Shown here in pieces: positions 1-8,602 of a stretch of DNA of 32,000 nt. A program made the position numbers and the translations under genes. The notes below the pieces were generated by a model. The model searched no databases. It was given only the letters and a program-made list of their open reading frames with translations, and was not told where the DNA came from. Each line of letters opens with the position of its first letter. The stretch's first letter is position 1. Origin of the DNA: Candidatus Saccharimonadota bacterium (GTDB lineage: Bacteria > Pseudomonadota > Gammaproteobacteria > Enterobacterales > Enterobacteriaceae); assembly GCA_041941795.1 (NCBI GenBank), contig CP145872.1:360001-392000 (forward strand), written 5' to 3'.

Positions 1-92
1 CCTCCTAACATTAGGAGGAAGGAATAATAATTTTCTTGCAGAGTAGGAAAATGAGGAGCTGCTACTCCCTTGGAAATCAACCAATTCTTCAT
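1..92 (-). CDS. yajC: Preprotein translocase accessory subunit YajC, N-terminal part only (CDS runs off the left edge)
   Basis: Reverse-strand ATG at 92-90, with AGGAG (revcomp of 99-103) 6 nt upstream. My translation MKNWLISKGVAAPHFPTLQENYYSFLLMLGG resembles the E. coli YajC N-terminus (..FISDAVAA....SLILMLVVFG). It lies directly downstream of tgt, as in the E. coli tgt-yajC-secDF order. Not in the ORF track because it has no stop inside the window. Confidence 0.6.
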   Translation of the reverse strand, partial: MKNWLISKGVAAPHFPTLQENYYSFLLMLG

Positions 93-150
93 AAAATACT
101 CCTCTTTACTCAATATATATTATAAGAATTGTTCTTAAGTTTTTTTAAGA

Positions 151-1272
<1,122 letters not shown>

Positions 1273-1557
1273 TTATTAATCCATTTATATTAGTTAAATA
1301 TCCTTTAATCTTCCTGAGATTAATACTTCCACTGCATAATTAAAAATTTATATTGTAAATATGTGAATTTTTTCTCTTCATTGAGAGCAATTAATAAAAA
1401 ATATTTCACTTTCAAAGTAGTGATATAAATATTAAATTAGGCATCCTCCTATAGGACTAGTAATAAATTATTAATTTTTTTTATTTCTATTCTTCTCAAA
1501 TTACGATATCATTATATCCTAATGATTTATTTATAATAGATGTTAAATGGAGTAAAT

Positions 1558-2160
1558 ATGGTACTAGTCTCTCAAAAGGCACCGGATTTTACTAGTCAAG
1601 CCATTCTAGGCACTGGTCAAATTATCGAAAATTTCAATTTTTATAAATATATTAATAATCAGAGCGCAGTCCTGTTTTTTTGGCCTATGGACTTTACGTT
1701 TGTTTGTCCTTCTGAACTTATAGCTTTTAACAAACGTTATAAGGAATTTAGGAAAAGAAATATACAAGTAATAGGAGTATCTATTGACTCTATTTTTGTC
1801 CACAGAGCCTGGCGTAATACTTCTATTAATGACGGCGGAATTGGACCAGTACAGTATGTTATGGTGTCCGATATTCAGCGAAATATTCAAAAAGAATATG
1901 GTATTGAACATCCGACAGCCGGGGTAGCGCTAAGAAGTTCTTTTTTAATTGATAAAAATGGTATAGTTCGTCATCAAATAGTTAATGATTTTCCATTAGG
2001 TCGTAATATTGATGAAATGATTCGTTTGAGTGATGCACTGATTTACCATGAAGAGCATGGTGAAGTATGTCCAGCACAGTGGACGATAGGAAAACCAGGC
2101 ATGAGTCCTACTGCGGAAGGAGTAGTAAAATTTCTTCGATCACATTATGATAAGTTATAA
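1558..2160 (+). CDS. ahpC: Typical 2-Cys peroxiredoxin (AhpC/TsaA family, about 200 aa, probably thioredoxin-dependent)
   Basis: Peroxidatic motif FFWPMDFTFVCPSE and resolving-Cys motif HGEVCPAQW. Full-length similarity to the 200-aa MVLV..APDF.. peroxiredoxins of Vibrio, Yersinia and Buchnera. I prefer the ATG at 1558 (GGAG upstream; MVLVSQKAPDF matches homologue N-termini) over the ORF-track start at 1540. No ahpF is adjacent. Confidence 0.9.
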   Translation: MVLVSQKAPDFTSQAILGTGQIIENFNFYKYINNQSAVLFFWPMDFTFVCPSELIAFNKRYKEFRKRNIQVIGVSIDSIFVHRAWRNTSINDGGIGPVQYVMVSDIQRNIQKEYGIEHPTAGVALRSSFLIDKNGIVRHQIVNDFPLGRNIDEMIRLSDALIYHEEHGEVCPAQWTIGKPGMSPTAEGVVKFLRSHYDKL

Positions 2161-2539
2161 AAACTTAATACAATGCCGCATGATCCAAAATTATATTTTT
2201 AGAAGAATTTTAAAAATTCACTTTGTGGAAAGAGAAAGAAGAATTAAAAAAAATTTCACTTTACTTTGAATAAATCTAAAATTAGGATAATAAGTAATGT
2301 AAATATTATTACTAAATGTGATTACTTCCTTTCAAAGTAAGTGATGGATAGAAAAATAATTTCATTGAGATTGCGGCAGGGGAAGGTTCCGCAAAAGCAA
2401 GAACACCATTCTCTTTTTTTTGGTGCCTAAAATAGGAAGAGTGGAGAAATTTTTTACTCAACCTCAAAACGAAAATTACTAATATTGAGCGGATCATTAT
2501 AATACTCTTTATCTTTTCCATCTAAAAAGATAACTTATA

Positions 2540-2918
2540 AATCAAGCTGACCTGTAAGCCGGGTTTAGTCTTGGACAGTCATTCATCTAGGTCAATAATC
2601 ACTTAATGACTCCAGCAGCCTACCTAGTTTTTGTGCGGGATACACTAACTTAATTTGGCCTTGCTCTAGGTGGAGTTTACCTCGCCATCAGCTGTTACCA
2701 GTTGATGCGGTGTGCTCTTACCACACCTTTTCACCCTTACCTCTTTGTAGTTCTGAATAAAAATTCAAAATTTTTGGGCGGTGTACTTTCTGTTGCACTT
2801 GTCGTCGGTATTTTACCTCCCAGGCATTACCTGGCACCCTACCCTATAGAGCCCGGACTTTCCTCTCCTTTCTCTCTTATTAATTAAAAGATCCAGCAGC
2901 GACTGTCTAGTCAGCTTT
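2540..2918 (-). ncRNA. rnpB: RNase P RNA (M1 RNA, bacterial type A)
   Basis: The reverse complement reads aaagctgactagacagtcgc...gaggaaagtccgggctctatagggtagggtgccaggtaa...caagtgcaacagaaag...gaggtaagggtgaaaaggtgtggtaagagcacacc...ggtaaactccacc...gagcaaggccaaat...ggtaggctgct...cctagatgaatgactgtcc...aacccggcttacaggtcagctt. This is colinear with E. coli rnpB conserved regions (GAGGAAAGUCCGGGC, CAGUGCAACAGA, GGUAAGGGUGAAAGGGUG, GGUAAACUCCACC, AGAUGAAUGACUGUCC), and P1 pairing (aagctgac/gtcagctt) is present. It is a GC-rich island in AT-rich surroundings. Ends are approximate to within about 5 nt. Confidence 0.92.
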
Positions 2919-2931
2919 TATTAGAAAAATT

Positions 2932-3771
2932 TTATTTTAAAGCATAACGATATAATTTACTTTTACTTATACCATAAATCTTAGATGTAATTGACACTGC
3001 ATTTCCAGGGTTAAGATTACTTTCGTTCTGTAGTAATCGTAATGTTTGTAAAGCTTTCTCCAAAATATGTAAAGTGTTATTTTCCGACTCTTTAAAACCA
3101 TCAACGATGATTACTATTTCACCTTTATAACACAAATCATTTTTTTTCATTGCATGAACTAAATTACCTGCCGTAGATCTATAAATAGATTCCCAAGTTT
3201 TTGTCATTTCTCGGGCTATCACCACCGGCCGGTGACTCCCAAAAATAAGATTAATATCTTGCATAGTGTCAATTATACGGTGAGTAGATTCATAAAAAAT
3301 TATTGTTCGACTTTCATGAATTAAGGTCTGCAAATACTGAACGCGTGATGATTGTCGTGAAGGTAGAAAACCTTCGTAACAAAATCGAGTAGTAGGTAAT
3401 CCAGAAGCAATTAGTGCAGTAATAGCAGCACAAGCCCCGGGTAAGGATACTATCTGAATTCCTTGTTCTCGACAACCACATACTAAATTATATCCCGGAT
3501 CATTAATTAGGGGTGTACCGGCATTGGAAACTAATGCAATACTTTTTCCTTCTTGCAGTTTTCTTATAAGAGTGGAACATTTTTTACGTTCGTTATAATT
3601 ATGGAGTAAAAAGATTTGGGTTTTTATATGGTAAAAATTTACTAAAAATTTAGTATGTTGGATATTTTCAGCAGCAATAAGATCCACTTGTTTCAATACT
3701 GATACTGCCCGATGAGTTATATCTCCTAAATTGCCTATAGGAGTTGGAGTAATATATAGTTTTCCCCACAT
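2932..3771 (-). CDS. rsmI: 16S rRNA (cytidine1402-2'-O)-methyltransferase RsmI (YraL)
   Basis: 279-aa ORF. LYITPTPIGNLGDITHRAVSVLKQVDLIAAENIQHT matches E. coli RsmI [36 protein letters not shown]. ATG at 3771. Confidence 0.9.
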   Translation of the reverse strand: MWGKLYITPTPIGNLGDITHRAVSVLKQVDLIAAENIQHTKFLVNFYHIKTQIFLLHNYNERKKCSTLIRKLQEGKSIALVSNAGTPLINDPGYNLVCGCREQGIQIVSLPGACAAITALIASGLPTTRFCYEGFLPSRQSSRVQYLQTLIHESRTIIFYESTHRIIDTMQDINLIFGSHRPVVIAREMTKTWESIYRSTAGNLVHAMKKNDLCYKGEIVIIVDGFKESENNTLHILEKALQTLRLLQNESNLNPGNAVSITSKIYGISKSKLYRYALK

Positions 3772-3817
3772 ATTGATTCTTTGTGTTTAAATTTTTTTTA
3801 TAATTTTGCTAATCGAA

Positions 3818-3847
3818 ACGATGCTACTTGAGAGTCAGTAGCATCGT
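3818..3847 (-). terminator. Strong stem-loop downstream of yqjK: a possible yqjDEK terminator or processing site just upstream of rsmI
   Basis: acgatgctact (3818-3828) and agtagcatcgt (3837-3847) are perfect reverse complements (11 bp, 5 G:C) around an 8-nt loop. The element begins 16 nt after the yqjK stop. On the reverse strand it is followed by ttcgattagc, which is only weakly U-rich, so an intrinsic-terminator call is tentative. Confidence 0.4.
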
Positions 3848-3862
3848 AATATTGGAAACTTT

Positions 3863-4147
3863 TTATTTTTTCATTAAGAAATTTTGCATGGTTTTATATA
3901 TTTTCCAGATAGCAAAAGATTTTTTCGATAAACGGATTAATAACCGAGGATGACGAACTAAAAAAATCGTTATCATACTACTAAGAATAATAAGTGTGTA
4001 TCGTATTTTTAATAGCTGATATAATAAATGTTCATATTTTTTACTAGCGGCAATTAACTCATTACACTCAGTAGCTAATTTTATTCGTTGTTGTTGGATA
4101 GTACATAATAATTTATTAGTATGATTTTTCTCATCATATAGATTCAT
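3863..4147 (-). CDS. yqjK: YqjK-family small membrane protein
   Basis: 94 aa. TIQQQRIKL and VRHPRLLIRL match E. coli YqjK (QIQQQRLDL, IRHPNMLVRW, from memory). It is the third gene of a conserved yqjD-yqjE-yqjK order. Confidence 0.7.
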   Translation of the reverse strand: MNLYDEKNHTNKLLCTIQQQRIKLATECNELIAASKKYEHLLYQLLKIRYTLIILSSMITIFLVRHPRLLIRLSKKSFAIWKIYKTMQNFLMKK

Positions 4148-4153
4148 ATTTTA

Positions 4154-4543
4154 TTATTCCTCAATGAATTTACTATCTTTTTTTAATTCTTTACAAGTCC
4201 AATATAACAACTGCATTTTTTTTATTTTATAAAAAGTTAACCAACCAAAAATCAGGGAAATTAAGAATAATAAGCTTGTACTAAATATCATTAGTACTAA
4301 TCGATTTATTGGATCTATCAATGACATAAAAATCAAAAATAAACTAATTAAACTAAAAGAGAGAAAAAATAGAGTTAATCCTATTAGCATTAATAAATGG
4401 AAAATTTGTCTTTTACTTTCTTGCAACTCAGATATCATTAAAAATATACGAGTTTCTATAAGATCCACCATAGTGCGTAGAATACGTGGAACAATCTTCA
4501 ATAATCCTATTTTTTGACAATTTATTTTTTGAGAGTTTTTCAT
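4154..4543 (-). CDS. yqjE: Inner-membrane protein YqjE (DUF1469/phage-holin-3-like family)
   Basis: 129 aa. ILRTMVDLIETRIFLMISELQESKRQIFHLLMLIGLTLFF aligns with E. coli YqjE IVSIMVEMVETRLRLAVVELEEEKANLFQLLLMLGLTMLF. Two predicted transmembrane segments. Confidence 0.8.
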   Translation of the reverse strand: MKNSQKINCQKIGLLKIVPRILRTMVDLIETRIFLMISELQESKRQIFHLLMLIGLTLFFLSFSLISLFLIFMSLIDPINRLVLMIFSTSLLFLISLIFGWLTFYKIKKMQLLYWTCKELKKDSKFIEE

Positions 4544-4547
4544 AATT

Positions 4548-4853
4548 TCATCGACGCATTAAAATAACACCTAATATTAGACCTCCAGCAGCACCAATAC
4601 TTAGTCCTGCCCACGGATTGTCGCGCAAATAATCATTAGCTAAATGAGCAACTGCACGTGACTGTTGCCAAATATGTTTTTGGGATTCTCCCAAAGATTG
4701 TTTAGCTTCATCTAATATCAATCGTACTTTTTTACACCAAGTATCAATTTCATTAGGAGTTTTATTATCTGAATTATTTATCATTTCTTCCAGAGAATTT
4801 AACATATGATGAAGTTCTTTTCGCATTTTGGAAAATGTTGTATCATTTGACAT
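4548..4853 (-). CDS. yqjD: Ribosome-associated, C-tail-anchored membrane protein YqjD (ElaB/YgaM/YqjD, DUF883)
   Basis: 101 aa, the same length as E. coli YqjD. The C-terminus DYLRDNPWAGLSIGAAGGLILGVILMRR compares with EYVRENPWTGVGIGAAIGVVLGVLLSRR. GGAG-containing SD upstream (revcomp of 4858-4866). Confidence 0.8.
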   Translation of the reverse strand: MSNDTTFSKMRKELHHMLNSLEEMINNSDNKTPNEIDTWCKKVRLILDEAKQSLGESQKHIWQQSRAVAHLANDYLRDNPWAGLSIGAAGGLILGVILMRR

Positions 4854-4917
4854 ATAGTTTCTCCTTGATTAAGCAATTCTAACTCTTATAAGAATAGTAG
4901 CAATATATTGAAAACTC

Positions 4918-4948
4918 AAAAAAAATTAACTACTGAATTAACTTCAGT
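4918..4948 (-). terminator. Weak terminator-like element downstream of tRNA-Ser(UGA)
   Basis: The reverse strand reads actgaa-gttaa-ttcagt (6-bp AT-rich stem), then agttaa, then T8 (A8 on the plus strand at 4918-4925). The stem is weak and the T-run is 6 nt away, hence low confidence. Confidence 0.3.
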
Positions 4949-5023
4949 TCTTTCAGTGAGTTAACTGGATCTTCGTCAGCGGAGAAAGTCATTTATTAAA
5001 CAATGAGATTTAGTATCACCAAC

Positions 5024-5111
5024 TGGCGGAGGAGGAGAGATTCGAACTCTCGAACGGTTTCCCATTGCCGGTTTTCAAGACCGGTGCCTTCATCCACTCG
5101 GCCACTCCTCC
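5024..5111 (-). tRNA. serT: tRNA-Ser (anticodon UGA), class II with long variable arm, CCA encoded
   Basis: The reverse complement is ggaggagtggccgagtggatgaaggcaccggtcttgaaaaccggcaatgggaaaccgttcgagagttcgaatctctcctcctccgcca. The anticodon loop is cTTGAaa. It is colinear with E. coli serT (GGAAGTGTGGCCGAG..GAAGGCACCGGTCTTGAAAACCGGCG...AGAGTTCGAATCTCT...GCCA). Confidence 0.95.
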
Positions 5112-5188
5112 TAAAAAAAAATAATAAGCCTGAACATAACATATGATCTAAATTTGTAAATAATATATTTTCATAGGAAAGACAAAAA

Positions 5189-5515
5189 GTGCTTTTAACA
5201 TCTAATAATTTATCTCGTGATGACGAGGGATTTTTAAAAAATATTGATGATTGGAATGAGTCAGTAGCAAAATTCATAGCCTTAGAAGATGGTATTGATC
5301 TGAAGGATGAACATTGGGAAGTGGTGTATCTTGTCCGAACTTTTTATATTAATTTTAATACAGTGCCTACTATATATATTTTAGTTAAAGCTATCTCCCG
5401 TAAATTTGGAAAAGACAAGGGGAATAGTCGTTATCTTTTTAGTTTATTTCCTCAAGGACCTGCAAGACAAGCAGCCAAAATTGCCGGTTTACCCAAGCCA
5501 GTGAGATGTCTGTAA
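5189..5515 (+). CDS. tusE: Sulfurtransferase TusE (DsrC family; 2-thiouridine sulfur relay)
   Basis: 108 aa with a GTG start. [68 protein letters not shown] aligns along its length with E. coli TusE (..[61 protein letters not shown]), including the conserved C-terminal Cys. Confidence 0.9.
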   Translation: [108 protein letters not shown]

Positions 5516-6027
5516 GCAATAATTCACTCACGACCGAATATTAGAATTATAGAGAAGAGAATTTTTCTATTATGTTCATACATTTTCTGAACAATTACAT
5601 GATGTTGAATGTTTTAAATAACTACTAATATTAGATATAATCATTTAATCGGGGAAGAAATTTAGTTATCAAGAATAATTTCTCTGAAATTGATATTACC
5701 TTTTAATCTTAATTCATAATTGCTGGTGTTCTTATATATATGAAAGAAGCATAAAACACTATTCATTCTTTTTGATGTTTTTAATAGCTATTAATAGCTT
5801 GTTGTCCATCATGAAATATATAATATTTTATGAGTAATTATAACTCCTCCTTTTAGGACAATACTTATTTTTAAATAAGTACATCTGGAATGAACAGACG
5901 TTCAAACAATCATTATATTTATTCTATTCAGGCGAGAATGCTTAGGCACCGATTGAATGAAGATTTATAAGAAAAAATAAAAAGATACTTAAATATTTTA
6001 AGTGCTTGCTTTACTATTTTTAAAAAC

Positions 6028-6045
6028 TAGGTGAATATTCACCTA
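6028..6045. repeat. Perfect 18-bp palindrome taggtgaatattcaccta, 92 bp upstream of the thrA ATG
   Basis: All 9 base pairs were checked by hand (t6028-a6045 through t6036-a6037). Function unknown: it could be an operator-like dyad or an RNA hairpin. Confidence 0.5.
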
Positions 6046-6136
6046 CTATCTCCATTCGGTTAAACAAAATACCAACCCCGTTCTTTCCATAAAGATAATT
6101 GTATTTTGTCCTTTTTTGATACAAAGGAGTAATAAC

Positions 6137-8602
6137 ATGCGGGTTCTAAAATTTGGTGGCACTTCTATAGCTAATGCTCCTAAAATTCTATGTGTAGCCG
6201 AAATTATTGAAAATAGTCTTCGCACCTCTCCAGTAGCTGTTGTCTTATCAGCTCCCGCACATATTACTAATTATTTAGTCTCATTAATTTCAGATACGCT
6301 TCTAGATCAAAAAATTAAATTAGATTTAATATGCCTGGAAAAAATTTTTACCCAACTAGGGCAAGAACTCAGTGAATTACAATTAAACTATGATTTGAAA
6401 AAAGTCCAAAAAATATTACAGCGAGAATTAATAATTTTAATAAAAATATTACATGGAATTAGTCTTCTCGGTAAATGTCCTGAAAATATAAAAGCAGCTG
6501 TTATTTGCCGAGGAGAACAATTATCGGTAGCATATATGACAGTCTTATTGCAAGCTAGAGGTCATAAAGTAGCTATTATTAATCCACTAGATAAACTAGT
6601 TGCTGATGAAGGTAGCTATTTGGACGCTAGTATTGACATAGCAATATCCACTAAACTTATTATGGATGATCGGCTCCCTATAAATCATGTACTCTTAATG
6701 GCCGGCTTTACTGCTGGTAATGAAAAGCGACATCCTGTCATATTAGGTCGTAATGGTTCGGACTATTCGGCGTCTGTACTCGCCGCATGTCTCCATGCAC
6801 AGTGTTGTGAAATATGGACTGATGTAGATGGAATTTACACTAGTGATCCTCACCACCTTAATGGTGCCCAACAGCTGCAATATCTATCGTACCAGGAAGC
6901 TATGGAATTAGCTTATTTTGGTGCGCAAGTTCTTCATCCTAAAACCATTAAACCTATTGCTCAGTTTAAAATTCCTTGTATTATTAAAAATACTACTAAT
7001 CCTCAAGCATCAGGCACAATTATTAGCCATAATGTCAGAAATAATAAAATTAAAGGTATTACTCAACTAAATAATATGGCTCTGTTGAATATTTCGGGCC
7101 CCGCTTTGACAGACGGGATGGGAAAAATTACTGCTCGAATTTTCGCAGTGATGTCACAGTCGTCAATTTCTGTGGTGTTAATAACACAATCTTCTTCTGA
7201 ATACAGTATTAGCTTCTGCATTACTCAACATGAACAGATAAGAGCTCGGAGAGCATTAGAAAAAAACTTTTTTTTAGAATTAAAAGAGGGTGGGATCGAT
7301 CAGATTAAAATCATGAAAGATCTAGCTATTATTACAGTGGTTGGAGATGGTATGCGTACTACTTACGGAAGAGCGTGCAAAATTTTTAGTGCTTTATCAC
7401 ATGCAAATATTAATATTATTGCTATATCCCAAGGTTCATCCGAAAGATCTCTTTCCGTAGTAGTTAAAAACGTACAAGCTCTCGTAGGAATAAAAGTCAT
7501 TCATCACATGTTATTTAATAAGAATTTTCAAGTGATTGATGCTGTAATCCTTGGCATAGGAGGCATTGGTACTGCTCTCCTAAATCAAATCGATCGACAA
7601 CAATTATTACTTAGGAACAAAAAAATTGATTTACGGGTTTGTGGTATTGCTAATTCTAAGCAAATATTATTCAAACCAGAAGGAATAAATTTAAAAAAAT
7701 GGAAACATTTGTGGAATAAATGTAAGAATGACTTTAAATTAGATATCCTCTTTAACTTAGTTAAAGAGGATGCTCTTATTAATCCAGTTATTATAGATTG
7801 TACTTCTAGTCAGAAAATTGCTAATCAATACGTAAATTTTATTAATCATGGATTTCATATCGTAACTCCTAATAAGGAGGCTAATTCTTGCTCTTATAGA
7901 TACTATAAACTTATCCGACGAATTTGCTTAAAAAAAAATCGCAGATTTTATTATGATACTAATGTAGGAGCTGGTTTACCGGTTATAGATAATTTACAAA
8001 ATTTGATTAATGCGGGTGATAAACTGATTCGTTTTTGTGGAATACTCTCTGGTTCTCTCTCTTTCATATTTGGAAAATTAGAAGTAGGCATATCTTTTTC
8101 AAAAGCTACTTATATAGCTAGTCAGCTGGGTTTGACTGAACGCGATCCTAGACAAGATCTTTCTTTGAGGGACGTCTCGCGTAAATTACTTATATTAGCC
8201 CGCGAAGCTGGATATAAATTAGAATTAACGGATATTAAAATAGAACCTTTAATTCCTAGTAACTTGAATCTTATTGAAAATAGAGCACTCTTTATGTTGC
8301 ATTTGTGTGTAGTTGATGACTACTTTAGTACTCGCGTGAGTGAAGCAAGAGCCCAAAATAAGATTTTACGACCTGTAGCTCTCATTGAGCACAATGGTAT
8401 TTGTACAATTCAGATTGTAGCATTGGCCGAGGATAATCCTTTATATGAAGTAAAAGATGGCGAGAATATTTTAGCATTTTATACTAACTATTATCAACCA
8501 AGACCATTAGTATTACGCGGATATGGGTCAGGTAACGATGTTACGGCGGCAGGATTATTTGCTGATATATTACGAACTGTGAGATCCACCCCGCTCTTTT
8601 AA
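6137..8602 (+). CDS. thrA: Bifunctional aspartokinase I / homoserine dehydrogenase I
   Basis: MRVLKFGGTSIANA matches the E. coli ThrA N-terminus. The aspartokinase, ACT and homoserine dehydrogenase regions are colinear, and the C-terminus is GNDVTAAGLFADILRT. I prefer the ATG at 6137 (AAGGAG 7 nt upstream), not the TTG at 6116 used in the ORF track. 821 aa versus 820 in E. coli. Confidence 0.95.
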   Translation: MRVLKFGGTSIANAPKILCVAEIIENSLRTSPVAVVLSAPAHITNYLVSLISDTLLDQKIKLDLICLEKIFTQLGQELSELQLNYDLKKVQKILQRELIILIKILHGISLLGKCPENIKAAVICRGEQLSVAYMTVLLQARGHKVAIINPLDKLVADEGSYLDASIDIAISTKLIMDDRLPINHVLLMAGFTAGNEKRHPVILGRNGSDYSASVLAACLHAQCCEIWTDVDGIYTSDPHHLNGAQQLQYLSYQEAMELAYFGAQVLHPKTIKPIAQFKIPCIIKNTTNPQASGTIISHNVRNNKIKGITQLNNMALLNISGPALTDGMGKITARIFAVMSQSSISVVLITQSSSEYSISFCITQHEQIRARRALEKNFFLELKEGGIDQIKIMKDLAIITVVGDGMRTTYGRACKIFSALSHANINIIAISQGSSERSLSVVVKNVQALVGIKVIHHMLFNKNFQVIDAVILGIGGIGTALLNQIDRQQLLLRNKKIDLRVCGIANSKQILFKPEGINLKKWKHLWNKCKNDFKLDILFNLVKEDALINPVIIDCTSSQKIANQYVNFINHGFHIVTPNKEANSCSYRYYKLIRRICLKKNRRFYYDTNVGAGLPVIDNLQNLINAGDKLIRFCGILSGSLSFIFGKLEVGISFSKATYIASQLGLTERDPRQDLSLRDVSRKLLILAREAGYKLELTDIKIEPLIPSNLNLIENRALFMLHLCVVDDYFSTRVSEARAQNKILRPVALIEHNGICTIQIVALAEDNPLYEVKDGENILAFYTNYYQPRPLVLRGYGSGNDVTAAGLFADILRTVRSTPLF

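Noticed and set aside
1606-1911. 101-aa antisense ORF inside ahpC. Similar cases: 9801-9983 inside fbp and 21757-22104 overlapping putP in another frame.
   Set aside because: They are overlapping or antisense frames of well-supported genes, with low-complexity products.
1409-2339. Shared 11-mer ctttcaaagta (itself part of a dyad) on both sides of ahpC (1409-1419 and 2329-2339), a possible regulator site
   Set aside because: Hundreds of exact 11-mer pairs are expected by chance within 32 kb of AT-rich DNA, so this is not significant.
2312-2521. 69-aa ORF on the minus strand in the ahpC-rnpB spacer
   Set aside because: No SD, no recognisable homology, and low-complexity hydrophobic/basic composition typical of random ORFs in AT-rich DNA. 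I kept the region only as an unexplained spacer.
2702-2887. 61-aa ORF on the plus strand
   Set aside because: It lies entirely antisense to the well-supported RNase P RNA gene. It is an artefact of the GC-rich structured RNA sequence.
4996-5277. 93-aa ORF on the minus strand
   Set aside because: It reads through tRNA-Ser(UGA) and overlaps the tusE start, so it is a spurious shadow ORF.
6116-6136. Upstream alternative starts in the ORF track: thrA TTG 6116, ahpC 1540, cmoA TTG 27062, yebC TTG 28993, ruvC 29678
   Set aside because: In each case a downstream ATG matches the homologue N-terminus and has a better SD. The extensions have no homologous counterpart, and the ruvC extension overlaps yebC.
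7930-7938. Homopolymer tracts of 8 nt or more inside CDSs: A9 in thrA at 7930-7938, T9 in fabI at 17424-17432, and A8/T8 runs in recB, rsmI and yebC. These are potential transcriptional-slippage or frameshift sites.
   Set aside because: All of these genes read through in-frame with full-length homology, so no frameshift needs rescuing. The tracts mostly encode Lys-Lys, as expected from AT bias.
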